Positions 27,953 to 36,099 of a DNA stretch of 43,148 bases are shown here, piece after piece (positions within the stretch are counted from its first letter, which is position 1; the number at the start of each line of letters is the position of its first letter). The DNA lies in the NCBI GenBank assembly GCA_038886995.1, contig JAWALG010000004.1, positions 1-43,148 on the forward strand. Direction: 5' to 3'. Source of the stretch: Candidatus Iainarchaeum sp. GTDB taxonomy: Archaea > Iainarchaeota > Iainarchaeia > Iainarchaeales > DTGL01. The translations under genes and the position numbers were made by a program. A model generated the notes under the pieces. It was not told the DNA's origin, made no database searches, and saw nothing but the letters and a program-made list of their open reading frames with translations.

Positions 27953-29116
27953 ATGGTTGATGCGCAAGATGACAATAAACAAGCAGTCGAAGAAAAAAAG
28001 GAAAGAAAACACAAAAGCAAAGCTTCACATCTTGAGGAAGCTTCTGAAAGCAAGAAAGGAAAGGTTGCTTTCGAGAAACCCGTTTTTGCAATGTTTTTGA
28101 TACTCGCTTTGGTAGTTGGCGCGCTTATATCTGCGGCTGCCCTCTACTTTTACTTTAAACCAGGGAGTGGACAAACAGATAATGGCACCTGTACACTGCC
28201 AACCGATTCAAACAGTTGCATTGCCGCAATAAAGCCGGAAGAAGCTGGCGAAAAAGCAAGAGCATTCCTTGAAGAAAGCTTTCTGAAAAACTATGGCTAC
28301 AAGCTTTTAGTTAATAAAGTTACTCCGTATAACGAGTGCCTTTACGATTTAAATGCTTCAATTGAAACCGAAGATGGCAATATGCCAGCAGGTCTATTGC
28401 TAGTGACAAAAGACGGCAAGAAGGTCATAATAGCATCTGCGGTTTACGATACAAATTCACCGCTAAAGCCAACACCAGCCCCATCGCCAACACCATTCCA
28501 AGCAAAAACTAAAAGCGACAGGCCAGATGTGCTTATGTTCGTTATGACTTTTTGCCCTTATGGTCAGCAGGCAGAAAAAGGCCTTAAACCAGTTGCAGAA
28601 CTTTTCGGTGATAAAATAAACCTTGAGCCACACTATGTTATCTACTCTGGCGAATATGGCTATAATTACCCAGATGACTGCATAGACGAAGAGGAAAAAT
28701 ACTGCTCTATGCACGGCGTATCTGAGTTAAAGGAGGGTGTGAGGCAGCTGTGTATTTTTAAGTACCAAAAGGACAAGTTCTGGGACTATGTTGCTAAGAT
28801 ATATGAGGGAAATTGCACTCTGAAAAACATAGATACCTGTTGGAAAGGTCAAGCAGAGGCATTGGGCATAGATACTGAAAAGATAGAAAAGTGCTTCCAA
28901 GAGGAAGCAATTTCCTTGCTTGAAAAAGAGGTTGAGCTAAACAAGAAATATGGTGTGATGGGCTCTCCAACAATAATTATAAACGAAACAGAATACTGGG
29001 GCGGCAGGGCGCCAGAAAACTATAAGGCAGCAGTATGCACCGCTTTTAATACTCCTCCGACTGAGTGCTCCCAAACGCTGAGTTCTCAGGGCGGCACTGC
29101 AAGCGGGCAATGTTAA
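27953..29116 (+). CDS. Membrane-anchored thioredoxin-fold (DsbA/GILT-like) protein
   Basis: Single TM, then FVMTFCPYG, CSMHG and GVMGSPTIIIN (cis-Pro loop). GGTGA SD before ATG 27953. Confidence 0.8.
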   Translation: MVDAQDDNKQAVEEKKERKHKSKASHLEEASESKKGKVAFEKPVFAMFLILALVVGALISAAALYFYFKPGSGQTDNGTCTLPTDSNSCIAAIKPEEAGEKARAFLEESFLKNYGYKLLVNKVTPYNECLYDLNASIETEDGNMPAGLLLVTKDGKKVIIASAVYDTNSPLKPTPAPSPTPFQAKTKSDRPDVLMFVMTFCPYGQQAEKGLKPVAELFGDKINLEPHYVIYSGEYGYNYPDDCIDEEEKYCSMHGVSELKEGVRQLCIFKYQKDKFWDYVAKIYEGNCTLKNIDTCWKGQAEALGIDTEKIEKCFQEEAISLLEKEVELNKKYGVMGSPTIIINETEYWGGRAPENYKAAVCTAFNTPPTECSQTLSSQGGTASGQC

Positions 29117-29131
29117 ATGTGAGGTGGTTTG

Positions 29132-29350
29132 ATGAAAGTAATGCAAGAACCTGAAAAGTGTATTGGTTGTGGTACTTGCGCGGCAATCTGCCCGGCGCTT
29201 TTTGAGATGGATGGCGCAAAAGCAAAGCTAAAAGGAGCCAAAGCACAGGACAAAGCCCTAGTGCTAGAGAAGAAATTCACAAAAGATGAAGAGGACTGCG
29301 CAAAGGCATCAGCTGATAGTTGCCCAACGAGTTGTATATCTGTAAAGTAA
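29132..29350 (+). CDS. Ferredoxin (single-cluster type)
   Basis: CIGCGTCAAICP...CPTSCI; GAGGTG SD. Confidence 0.92.
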   Translation: MKVMQEPEKCIGCGTCAAICPALFEMDGAKAKLKGAKAQDKALVLEKKFTKDEEDCAKASADSCPTSCISVK

Positions 29351-29355
29351 TTTTT

Positions 29356-29652
29356 ATGGTATCCAAACAGGAAGTAATGAAGGCCTTAGCAAAAGTTACA
29401 GACCCAGAGATAGGCATAAATGTTGTTGACTTAGGCCTTATTTATGATGTGAGCATAAGCAACGATGTTGTTTCAGTTAAGATGACTGTCACAAACCCTT
29501 ATTGTCCGCTTCAGTCACACCTAAAGCAACTTGTTGAGAACGCAGTGTCCTCAATAAAAGGTGTTAAGGAAGCCTCAGTAGATCTCGTTTTTGATCCTCC
29601 TTGGACACCGGAGCGATTGTCGCCAAAAGCAAAAAAAGAGCTTGGCTTTTAG
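29356..29652 (+). CDS. Fe-S cluster assembly factor (DUF59/SufT/MIP18)
   Basis: VTDPEIGINVVDLGLIY, TNPYCP and FDPPWTPERLS. Confidence 0.93.
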   Translation: MVSKQEVMKALAKVTDPEIGINVVDLGLIYDVSISNDVVSVKMTVTNPYCPLQSHLKQLVENAVSSIKGVKEASVDLVFDPPWTPERLSPKAKKELGF

Positions 29653-29711
29653 TAGCCCTCTTAAAAAGTTAAAAATAGGGGCCTTTAGCCCCAATTCACT
29701 TTTTGTCGTGC

Positions 29712-30017
29712 TTATTGTAACTCTACTTCAACACCGCCAATCTTGTCCGCTAGTAAATTGTATATTAGCGCGATTACAGCACCTATTATAAACCCAAAAA
29801 TTAGGCCCAATACGGGCGAAAGCACCATTTCCAAAATTGGTGGGCTTGTGCTGAAATTAGTATTTAAACCAAAAGCTTTCCCCACCTTTTCAAGAACTTG
29901 ATTTGTATATGTCCAGACATAGTAGATCCAAATACTTTGGATTACGCCACCCAATGCACCAAAAACTGCACATATTTTGGCATAGGATAAAACCCCAATT
30001 TTTCGTATTACTTGCAA
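29712..30017 (-). CDS. Small two-TM membrane protein (DUF3566-like)
   Basis: IRKIGVLSYAK...IYNLLADKIGGVEVEL; TTG start with GAGGGTG SD. Confidence 0.75.
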   Translation of the reverse strand: MQVIRKIGVLSYAKICAVFGALGGVIQSIWIYYVWTYTNQVLEKVGKAFGLNTNFSTSPPILEMVLSPVLGLIFGFIIGAVIALIYNLLADKIGGVEVELQ

Positions 30018-30039
30018 AAAAACACCCTCTTTTTTCTAT

Positions 30040-30123
30040 TGCAGGGGGGCGGGCTCGAACCGCCGAAGGCACTAAGCCACCAGATCTTGAGTCTGGCCCG
30101 TTTGACCGCTTCGGTACCCCTGC
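30040..30123 (-). tRNA. tRNA-Leu(CAA)
   Basis: GCAGGGG/CCCCTGC acceptor, CCAGA-CT-CAA-GA-TCTGG anticodon arm, long variable arm. Confidence 0.96.
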
Positions 30124-30136
30124 CTCAAAAAAGTTT

Positions 30137-30517
30137 TTATTCTAATTCAAGTGTGTCGCCTGCTGCAACCCTGACGTTTCTTGCTTTTATGAATATTGCG
30201 CCAGTTTCACCCTCATGTAGAGCATCAACCTTCTTCTCATTTACCCATAGTTCATATATCCTCAACGGCTTTTCACCTAGCAAAATCTTATCCTTTTTTG
30301 TTATTACTCCCCTAGTTACGGTTCCCTTAATCACTGAAAGCTCATGAAGCTGAAAACTGTCTGAAACTGCAAAAAGGGCCCTGGCGTTTGTCTCTTCTTC
30401 AACTGAACCCAAATCTTCTTCCCCTGGTTTTGCAAGGCTTTCAATTTTTGCCCTTTGGTGTTCAGGGATGCACAAGCGGTCCTTTTTTTTCTGGCTTCTG
30501 TTCCACATAGCCATCAT
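30137..30517 (-). CDS. Stand-alone EF-Tu/EF-1A domain-II-like beta-barrel protein
   Basis: FAVSDSF...VIKGTVTRGVITKKDKI...KKVDALHEGETGAIFI pattern; no G domain. Confidence 0.7.
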   Translation of the reverse strand: MMAMWNRSQKKKDRLCIPEHQRAKIESLAKPGEEDLGSVEEETNARALFAVSDSFQLHELSVIKGTVTRGVITKKDKILLGEKPLRIYELWVNEKKVDALHEGETGAIFIKARNVRVAAGDTLELE

Positions 30518-30572
30518 ATTAAAAGCTACACTTAAAAAGAATTAAAAAATATCAAGTATCATTTTAATTCTT

Positions 30573-31403
30573 TTATTTGCGTCTTCTCAGCAATGTTTTT
30601 TGCCTCGGGCCAGGCGTTTTTGTGCGTCGCCTTTGTCCCAAGTAATTCTCAAACCTTTGTGCTTCAGCGCTTACGAAATGGGGCTCCTTTTCTAGTATCT
30701 TCCTTGTTTTTTCCAAGCTCAAACCTTTTCTTTTGCCTGCCAAGAATAATTTTTTTAGTTGTTCTCCTAATTCAGCAGAGCTCGCAATTGGTTTTCCATG
30801 TACAAGACTCGAGATTAGGAGTGTCTTCATTGCAGATTCTAAGCCGTACTGAGCAAGTACAAACCTCATTTCCAAGAGCTTGCTTTTATCAAGACCCATA
30901 AGCCATCTAGTCCCTTTAGGGGTTGAAACAATTGTAAGGGCTTCTTCCTTCTTGAACCCAAGATCAGTTAATAGTTTGATTCTGCTCTCAAAAATTCTTC
31001 CTAAGGCGACTTCACTCGCTTTCGAATAACTCCTCTCAGTAAGAAAATCGATAAAGGCACTCTCTTTCAGATGCCCGATGTCTCTATCAGTTAGCCCAGA
31101 GCGATTCATCAGTGCGTTGATGCTTTGTAGCCCCATCCTCATTTCATTAACAGTTGGCATCCTTCCATAAGCCATTTTAATTCTTGATTGCTTACCAGGT
31201 TCCATTAGCTTAAGAAGTACCGCGCGGCATTTCTCACCAAAGCTTGTCTTCAAAAATTGCCCTAATTCTGTGAGCTCTTTTTCATTCATTTTCCCTATTT
31301 CTTGCCAGCCGCCACTTGCCATTATTTCTAATGCCTCTTTTCTAGGAAAACCCATGGACAAAAGGAACCTCAGGCCTTTGTCAGTTTCAGTTGTTTCAGA
31401 CAC
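30573..31403 (-). CDS. Hypothetical helical-repeat protein with an internal duplication and basic tail
   Basis: 276-aa ORF; LRFLLSMGFPRKEALEI aligns with IKLLTDLGFKKEEALTI. Confidence 0.72.
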   Translation of the reverse strand: MSETTETDKGLRFLLSMGFPRKEALEIMASGGWQEIGKMNEKELTELGQFLKTSFGEKCRAVLLKLMEPGKQSRIKMAYGRMPTVNEMRMGLQSINALMNRSGLTDRDIGHLKESAFIDFLTERSYSKASEVALGRIFESRIKLLTDLGFKKEEALTIVSTPKGTRWLMGLDKSKLLEMRFVLAQYGLESAMKTLLISSLVHGKPIASSAELGEQLKKLFLAGKRKGLSLEKTRKILEKEPHFVSAEAQRFENYLGQRRRTKTPGPRQKTLLRRRK

Positions 31404-31462
31404 GTTTAATCAATAATCTGACATTTTTCTAATATTTAAACATTTTGTTTATTTATTTGCTT

Positions 31463-32359
31463 ATGCAAAGAGAAACCCTCCTAAGGTACAAAGATATAAT
31501 TCCTGAGTTTGAAGCCCTCATAGATTCTATTAATAGGCCTCGCGATGTCACAATAAGATGGAATCCACACAAGATTGGAAGATCCGAACTTCTGGCAATG
31601 TTAAGGGATTCTTTCAGCGAAGTCAAAGAGATTGATTGGTATGGCGAAGCTTTTAAGTTAGGCGCAAGCGATAGGCCTGGCAAAAGCTTGCTTCATGCGC
31701 TTGGCTATTACTATGTACAGGAAGAGTCAGCAATGGTAGCACCTTTGGTTCTTGAGCCGGCCAAGGGCTCTTTTATCTTTGACATGTGTGCCGCGCCAGG
31801 GGGCAAAACTACACAGATTTCTGCCTTAATAGAAAACACAGGTACAATAGTAGCCAATGACAAAGCAATACCTCGGCTTAAGAGCCTGGTCTCAAATGTT
31901 TCGCGGCTTGGCTGCCTAAATGTTGTTATAACATGGAACGATGCACGCAATTTAAAGCTCAAGGATAAATTTGATTATGTCCTTCTCGATGCACCATGCA
32001 CGGCTGAAGGCAACCTTTTCAAAGAAACAACCCTAATGCCAAAGTTTATGCGCGATAGTTTAACTAATGTGCAAAAAGCCCTGCTTCAGAAAGCTATTGA
32101 ATTTGCAAAACCTGGCGCAACAATTGTTTATTGCACATGCACTTTTGCTCCAGAAGAAAACGAAGAAGTCGTTGCAAGTGCCTTGGATAAAGGACATATT
32201 AAGATAGAATCTGTTAAGGTTAAAGTGCCACACGAAAAAGGCATTGAATGTTTCGACAAAAAAGATTACGGCATTGAGTTGAAGAAAGCAGTTCGAATTT
32301 ATCCCTACCACTTAAATTCAGGGGGGGCCTTCATTGCAAAACTCAGAAAAAGAGATTGA
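31463..32359 (+). CDS. RsmB/NOP2/Sun family RNA m5C methyltransferase
   Basis: YYVQEES, DMCAAPGGKTTQ, LLDAPCT and YCTCTFAPEENE. Confidence 0.95.
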   Translation: MQRETLLRYKDIIPEFEALIDSINRPRDVTIRWNPHKIGRSELLAMLRDSFSEVKEIDWYGEAFKLGASDRPGKSLLHALGYYYVQEESAMVAPLVLEPAKGSFIFDMCAAPGGKTTQISALIENTGTIVANDKAIPRLKSLVSNVSRLGCLNVVITWNDARNLKLKDKFDYVLLDAPCTAEGNLFKETTLMPKFMRDSLTNVQKALLQKAIEFAKPGATIVYCTCTFAPEENEEVVASALDKGHIKIESVKVKVPHEKGIECFDKKDYGIELKKAVRIYPYHLNSGGAFIAKLRKRD

Positions 32360-32768
32360 GGATCTTCTGCTAATCTTCGGGGTAAAACGCGAATTACTTG
32401 AAAATTACAATATTGAGAAAATAGGTAATTCATACTGGCTCACATCAAAAGGCCTTAAATCATTTGAAGGCTTTAATGTGCAGTGCAAAGGCCTTAGAAT
32501 TGCAGAAAGAACAAAGCTCGGCCTGAAGCCGACAAGCTATGGCTTGCAGTTTTTCGGACAGCAAATTAAGGAAAATGTTGTTGACTTGAAAAAAGATGAG
32601 TTGTTGTCAATAATAAAAGGCAAGCCCATTGCAAAAAGCTGCAAAGATGGTTATATTGCACTTCGCTTAGAAGGTTACGTGGTTGGTTGTGGCCTATGCA
32701 AAAAAGGCCTGGTTTATTCACAACTCCCAAAGTCGATTGCTACGGCTCTTTTAGAACTTTATGGGTGA
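32334..32768 (+). CDS. RsmF C-terminal / NIP7-PUA-like partner of the m5C methyltransferase
   Basis: GLRIAE..KPTSYGLQFFG, GYIALRLEGYVVGCG and SQLPK; overlaps the MTase stop. Confidence 0.72.
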   Translation: MQNSEKEIEDLLLIFGVKRELLENYNIEKIGNSYWLTSKGLKSFEGFNVQCKGLRIAERTKLGLKPTSYGLQFFGQQIKENVVDLKKDELLSIIKGKPIAKSCKDGYIALRLEGYVVGCGLCKKGLVYSQLPKSIATALLELYG

Positions 32769-32771
32769 AAG

Positions 32772-32856
32772 CGGCGGGACCGGGATTTGAACCCGGGAGA
32801 GCTCATCGCTCAGCAGCTTAGCAGGCTGCCGCCGTGGACCGCTGGGCCATCCCGCC
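32772..32856 (-). tRNA. tRNA-Ser(GCT)
   Basis: GGCGGGA/TCCCGCC acceptor with G73, GCAGC-CT-GCT-AA-GCTGC anticodon arm, long variable arm. Confidence 0.96.
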
Positions 32857-32936
32857 AACGAGAACATATAAAAATAGCCCGGCAATCTTTAAAAATTGAA
32901 CATTTTAAATACTTTCCCAATAGAGATTTCTATAGG

Positions 32937-34724
32937 GTGCTAATTGTGAAGGCCAGAGATACACATTTTTTAGTTAGGAAAGTATACAGTGGAGAGCGCC
33001 TGTTTGAGATGGGCGAGCGCACCATCACAATAAGCCCAAATGTAAAGCTCAAGGATAAGGAAATATCTGATATTCTCAAGAAGCTCGTTTTAAAGAACGA
33101 AAGCCCAGTGCGCTTAACAATGAGCATATGCCCAAAATGCGCTGATGAGAAAAAATGGGCTGAGATGCGCATACCTGCTCTTATATTCGAAAAGGAAGGA
33201 AAAGTACTGATTAGAAAAGAATGCCCAAAGCACGGAATTTACCAGGATGCTTATTGGGAAGATGCTGAATATTACTTCAAGCAGCAAAAGTTTGCTGATC
33301 AGGGCGTTGAGCTTATAACAGTGCAGATTGATAAACCACTGGCTGATGTTGTATGCCCCAATGACTGTGGCTTATGTAGGCAGCACAAAAGCCATACTGC
33401 ACTTGCAAACCTTGTTGTGACAAATAGATGCGACCTTTCATGTTGGTACTGTTTCTTTTTTCAGAGGATGAATGAGCCAGTTTATGAGCCAGATTTAGAC
33501 ACTATAAGAGCAATGCTTAGGTCACTTCGCAATGAGAAGCCAATTGCGTGCAATGCTATCCAACTCACAGGCGGAGAGCCCACCCTTAGGGAAGACATAG
33601 TTGAAATAGTAAAGATGTGCCGAGAAGAAGGTTTTGAGCATGTCCAATTTAACACAAATGGCATAAGAATAGCGAATGATCCAGCATTTGTTGAAAAGGT
33701 TGTCAGTGCAGGCGCCAATATTTTTTATATGAGCTTTGATGGCGTTACACCAAAAACAAACCCAAAGAATTATTGGGAAGTTCCAAAAGCAATTGAGAAT
33801 GTAAGGAAAACAAAGGCGGCTGGAATTGTACTTGTGCCAACAGTTATAAATGGATTTAATACGCATGAATTAGGTGACATAATAAGGTTTGCTGCCTCAC
33901 AGATTGATGTTGTGCGCGGTGTAAACATGCAGCCAGTTTCTCTTGTTGGGATGATGCCTAAAAACGAGCGTGAGAAGCAACGCATAACAATACCAAAAAC
34001 AATTAGGTTGATTGAAGAGCAGACCGACGGGCAAATAGGGCTAGATGATTTCTATTGTGTGCCCTGCGTAGGGCCAGTAACAAACCTTATAGAATCCCTT
34101 ACTGGCAGGCCTCAATATCGTTTGTCCTCCCATTTTGCTTGTGGTGCTGGCACATATGTTTTTATTGAAGGCAAGCGCTTTATCCCAATAACCAGATTTG
34201 TTGATGTCGAGGGGCTGTTCGAGTACTTGCAATCATTGGCTGGAGAGCTGAGGGGCAAAAAGCTCGGGCGCTTAGGTAAAGTTTTGACAACCAGCAAACT
34301 TCTTTATAAGGTAAATTCTTTTATAGACCCAACAAAGAAGCCAAAGAATCTAAAGCTAGGCGAAATGCTTGCAAAGGCCCTCATCAGTGGAAACTATGAC
34401 GGCTTAAAGGAATTCCACTATAACTCTCTTTTTATAGGTATGATGCATTTTATGGATCCTTACGATTATGATGTAGATCGTGTCGAAAGATGCTGCATAC
34501 ACTACGCTATGCCTGATAACAGAATAGTGCCATTCTGTGCGTTCAATGTGATACCAGAACTTTACAGGGACGCAACACAGAAGAAATATTCAATTCAGGC
34601 CAAAGAATGGGAAAGACTTAAAGGCAAAAAGCTTTGCAATGACAAGTATAGGCGAAATATCCCCAAAGAAGAGCAGCAAAAAATAGAAGCTTATTATAAG
34701 GAAAACATAGGGAAATTTAAGTAA
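32937..34724 (+). CDS. tes: Radical SAM tetraether lipid synthase (Tes / GDGT-MAS, MJ0619 family)
   Basis: CPKC...CPKHG rubredoxin-like site, CPNDCGLCRQH, TNRCDLSCWYC, QPVSLVG, HFACG and HFMDPYDYDVDRVERCCIHY...IVPFCAFN. Start is either GTG 32937 (about 25 nt after TTTTAAATA) or ATG 33009. Confidence 0.85.
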   Translation: MLIVKARDTHFLVRKVYSGERLFEMGERTITISPNVKLKDKEISDILKKLVLKNESPVRLTMSICPKCADEKKWAEMRIPALIFEKEGKVLIRKECPKHGIYQDAYWEDAEYYFKQQKFADQGVELITVQIDKPLADVVCPNDCGLCRQHKSHTALANLVVTNRCDLSCWYCFFFQRMNEPVYEPDLDTIRAMLRSLRNEKPIACNAIQLTGGEPTLREDIVEIVKMCREEGFEHVQFNTNGIRIANDPAFVEKVVSAGANIFYMSFDGVTPKTNPKNYWEVPKAIENVRKTKAAGIVLVPTVINGFNTHELGDIIRFAASQIDVVRGVNMQPVSLVGMMPKNEREKQRITIPKTIRLIEEQTDGQIGLDDFYCVPCVGPVTNLIESLTGRPQYRLSSHFACGAGTYVFIEGKRFIPITRFVDVEGLFEYLQSLAGELRGKKLGRLGKVLTTSKLLYKVNSFIDPTKKPKNLKLGEMLAKALISGNYDGLKEFHYNSLFIGMMHFMDPYDYDVDRVERCCIHYAMPDNRIVPFCAFNVIPELYRDATQKKYSIQAKEWERLKGKKLCNDKYRRNIPKEEQQKIEAYYKENIGKFK

Positions 34725-34728
34725 AGCA

Positions 34729-35886
34729 GTGGTTTTTTTGGAATTCCTTTTTCTTTTTGGCAGGAACCCAAAGCTTTCTTACATCGAGCTTTTAAGTTAT
34801 CTCAGGGCAAGAGAAATTAACTTCAAAGTTTCGTGTTTCTATGAAAAAGCAACAATACTCGACTTACCGCAACAGGTTAACCTAGATGAGATTTTGGCTG
34901 GCTTAGGTGGCACAGTTAAAGTTGCAAAAGTTCTATTTTGGTGCGATGAGAATTCTATTGGTAAGAATCTTGAGGATGCCTGTCTTTATGAGGGAAATTC
35001 AAACAAAATAGTTTATAGTGTAGAAACAATAGGAGCATCGCCTTCTGTAAGGTCCTATTTCCAAGAAAACTTCAAAAAACAGGGAATAAAGGCTTTGCAC
35101 AAAGACATTGCTCCACATACGCTTGCTAAGAGCAGCAAAGAGCTGCTGAGCTTTGTGGTGCTTAAAGCAGGGCCTTTGTTTTATGTTGCTAGGGCTATAA
35201 AATCCTTTGATCCACATAGTTTTAAGGAGAGGGATGTTTCAAGGCCATACATTGAACCAGAGGTGATGAGCTCCATACGGCTATCAAGGATACTTGTTAA
35301 TCTTGCAGGAGTTAGGTCGAAAGCAAAAATGCTTGACCCTTTTTGTGGCATAGGCACTGTTCTTCAAGAGGCGCTGCTTCTTGGCTTTGAGGTCTATGGC
35401 ATAGACCTTAGCAGAGATCGCATACAGAAGGCCTCAGAAAACCTTAAATGGGTTGAAAGAACTTATGGGGTTTCCGGATCGTGGACTGTTAGGCAGGGCG
35501 ATGCAAAAAAGCTTTCCCAGTACTTTCCAGAGCATTATTTTGATTTTATTGCTACTGAGCCAGAACTTGGTCCTTTAATCAAAAAAGCACCATCTGATAA
35601 AGAAGCCGAGCAAACAATCAAAGACCTCCAAAAACTCTATGAAAAGTTTTTCGTTGAAGCTTCTAAGGTTCTTAAGCCAAGAGGCCGGATATCCGTTGTT
35701 ATTCCACGCATAAGGGCCAAAAGTACGAAAACATATCGCATTGATATTGATTCTATTTTGCAAAGGTCTGGTTTTAAGATTTATAATCCTACGTCTGGCT
35801 GTGGTTTTGAGGCAAAAGTTCCAGTTTTTTATAAGGAGCAATGGCACAAAATAGAGCGTCTTATTTACATCTTAGAAAAAATGTAA
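34729..35886 (+). CDS. Trm11/TrmG10-like tRNA guanine-N2 methyltransferase
   Basis: RLSRILVNLA, LDPFCGIGTVLQEA, GDAKKL and IATEPELG. Confidence 0.8.
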   Translation: MVFLEFLFLFGRNPKLSYIELLSYLRAREINFKVSCFYEKATILDLPQQVNLDEILAGLGGTVKVAKVLFWCDENSIGKNLEDACLYEGNSNKIVYSVETIGASPSVRSYFQENFKKQGIKALHKDIAPHTLAKSSKELLSFVVLKAGPLFYVARAIKSFDPHSFKERDVSRPYIEPEVMSSIRLSRILVNLAGVRSKAKMLDPFCGIGTVLQEALLLGFEVYGIDLSRDRIQKASENLKWVERTYGVSGSWTVRQGDAKKLSQYFPEHYFDFIATEPELGPLIKKAPSDKEAEQTIKDLQKLYEKFFVEASKVLKPRGRISVVIPRIRAKSTKTYRIDIDSILQRSGFKIYNPTSGCGFEAKVPVFYKEQWHKIERLIYILEKM

Positions 35887-35934
35887 TGGCAACATTTTAA
35901 AATAATTCTGAAAATTATAATTAATGTAAAACAA

Positions 35935-36091
35935 GCCCAAGTAGTCTAATGGTTAGGATGCGGCCCTGTCGCACCAATTTCTTTCCTTTATGAAGGGAAG
36001 AAATTGAAGCCCAATTCTCGTGGGCAATATTAGCTCTGATGCTGGCAGGTGCAGTGAGGCTGCGATCCGGGTTCAATTCCCGGCTTGGGCG
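35935..36091 (+). tRNA. tRNA-Asp(GTC) with an 85-nt intron at 37/38 (35972-36056)
   Basis: GCCCAAG/CTTGGGC acceptor; CGGCC-CT-GTC-G ^ A-GGCTG anticodon arm; BHB with central helix CTGT/GCAG, bulges CGC and TGA, outer helix ACC/GGT. Confidence 0.93.
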
Positions 36092-36099
36092 TTTCCATT

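Noticed and set aside
32334-32359. Frameshifted or pseudogenised RsmF
   Set aside because: The first ORF ends at the natural end of the MTase domain (FIAKLRK) and the second has its own start after a G-rich SD; separate genes are plausible and no clear slippery site is present.
32787-32936. N-terminal 50 aa of the 645-aa ORF call
   Set aside because: Overlaps the antisense strand of tRNA-Ser and its promoter; the real start is at or after 32937.
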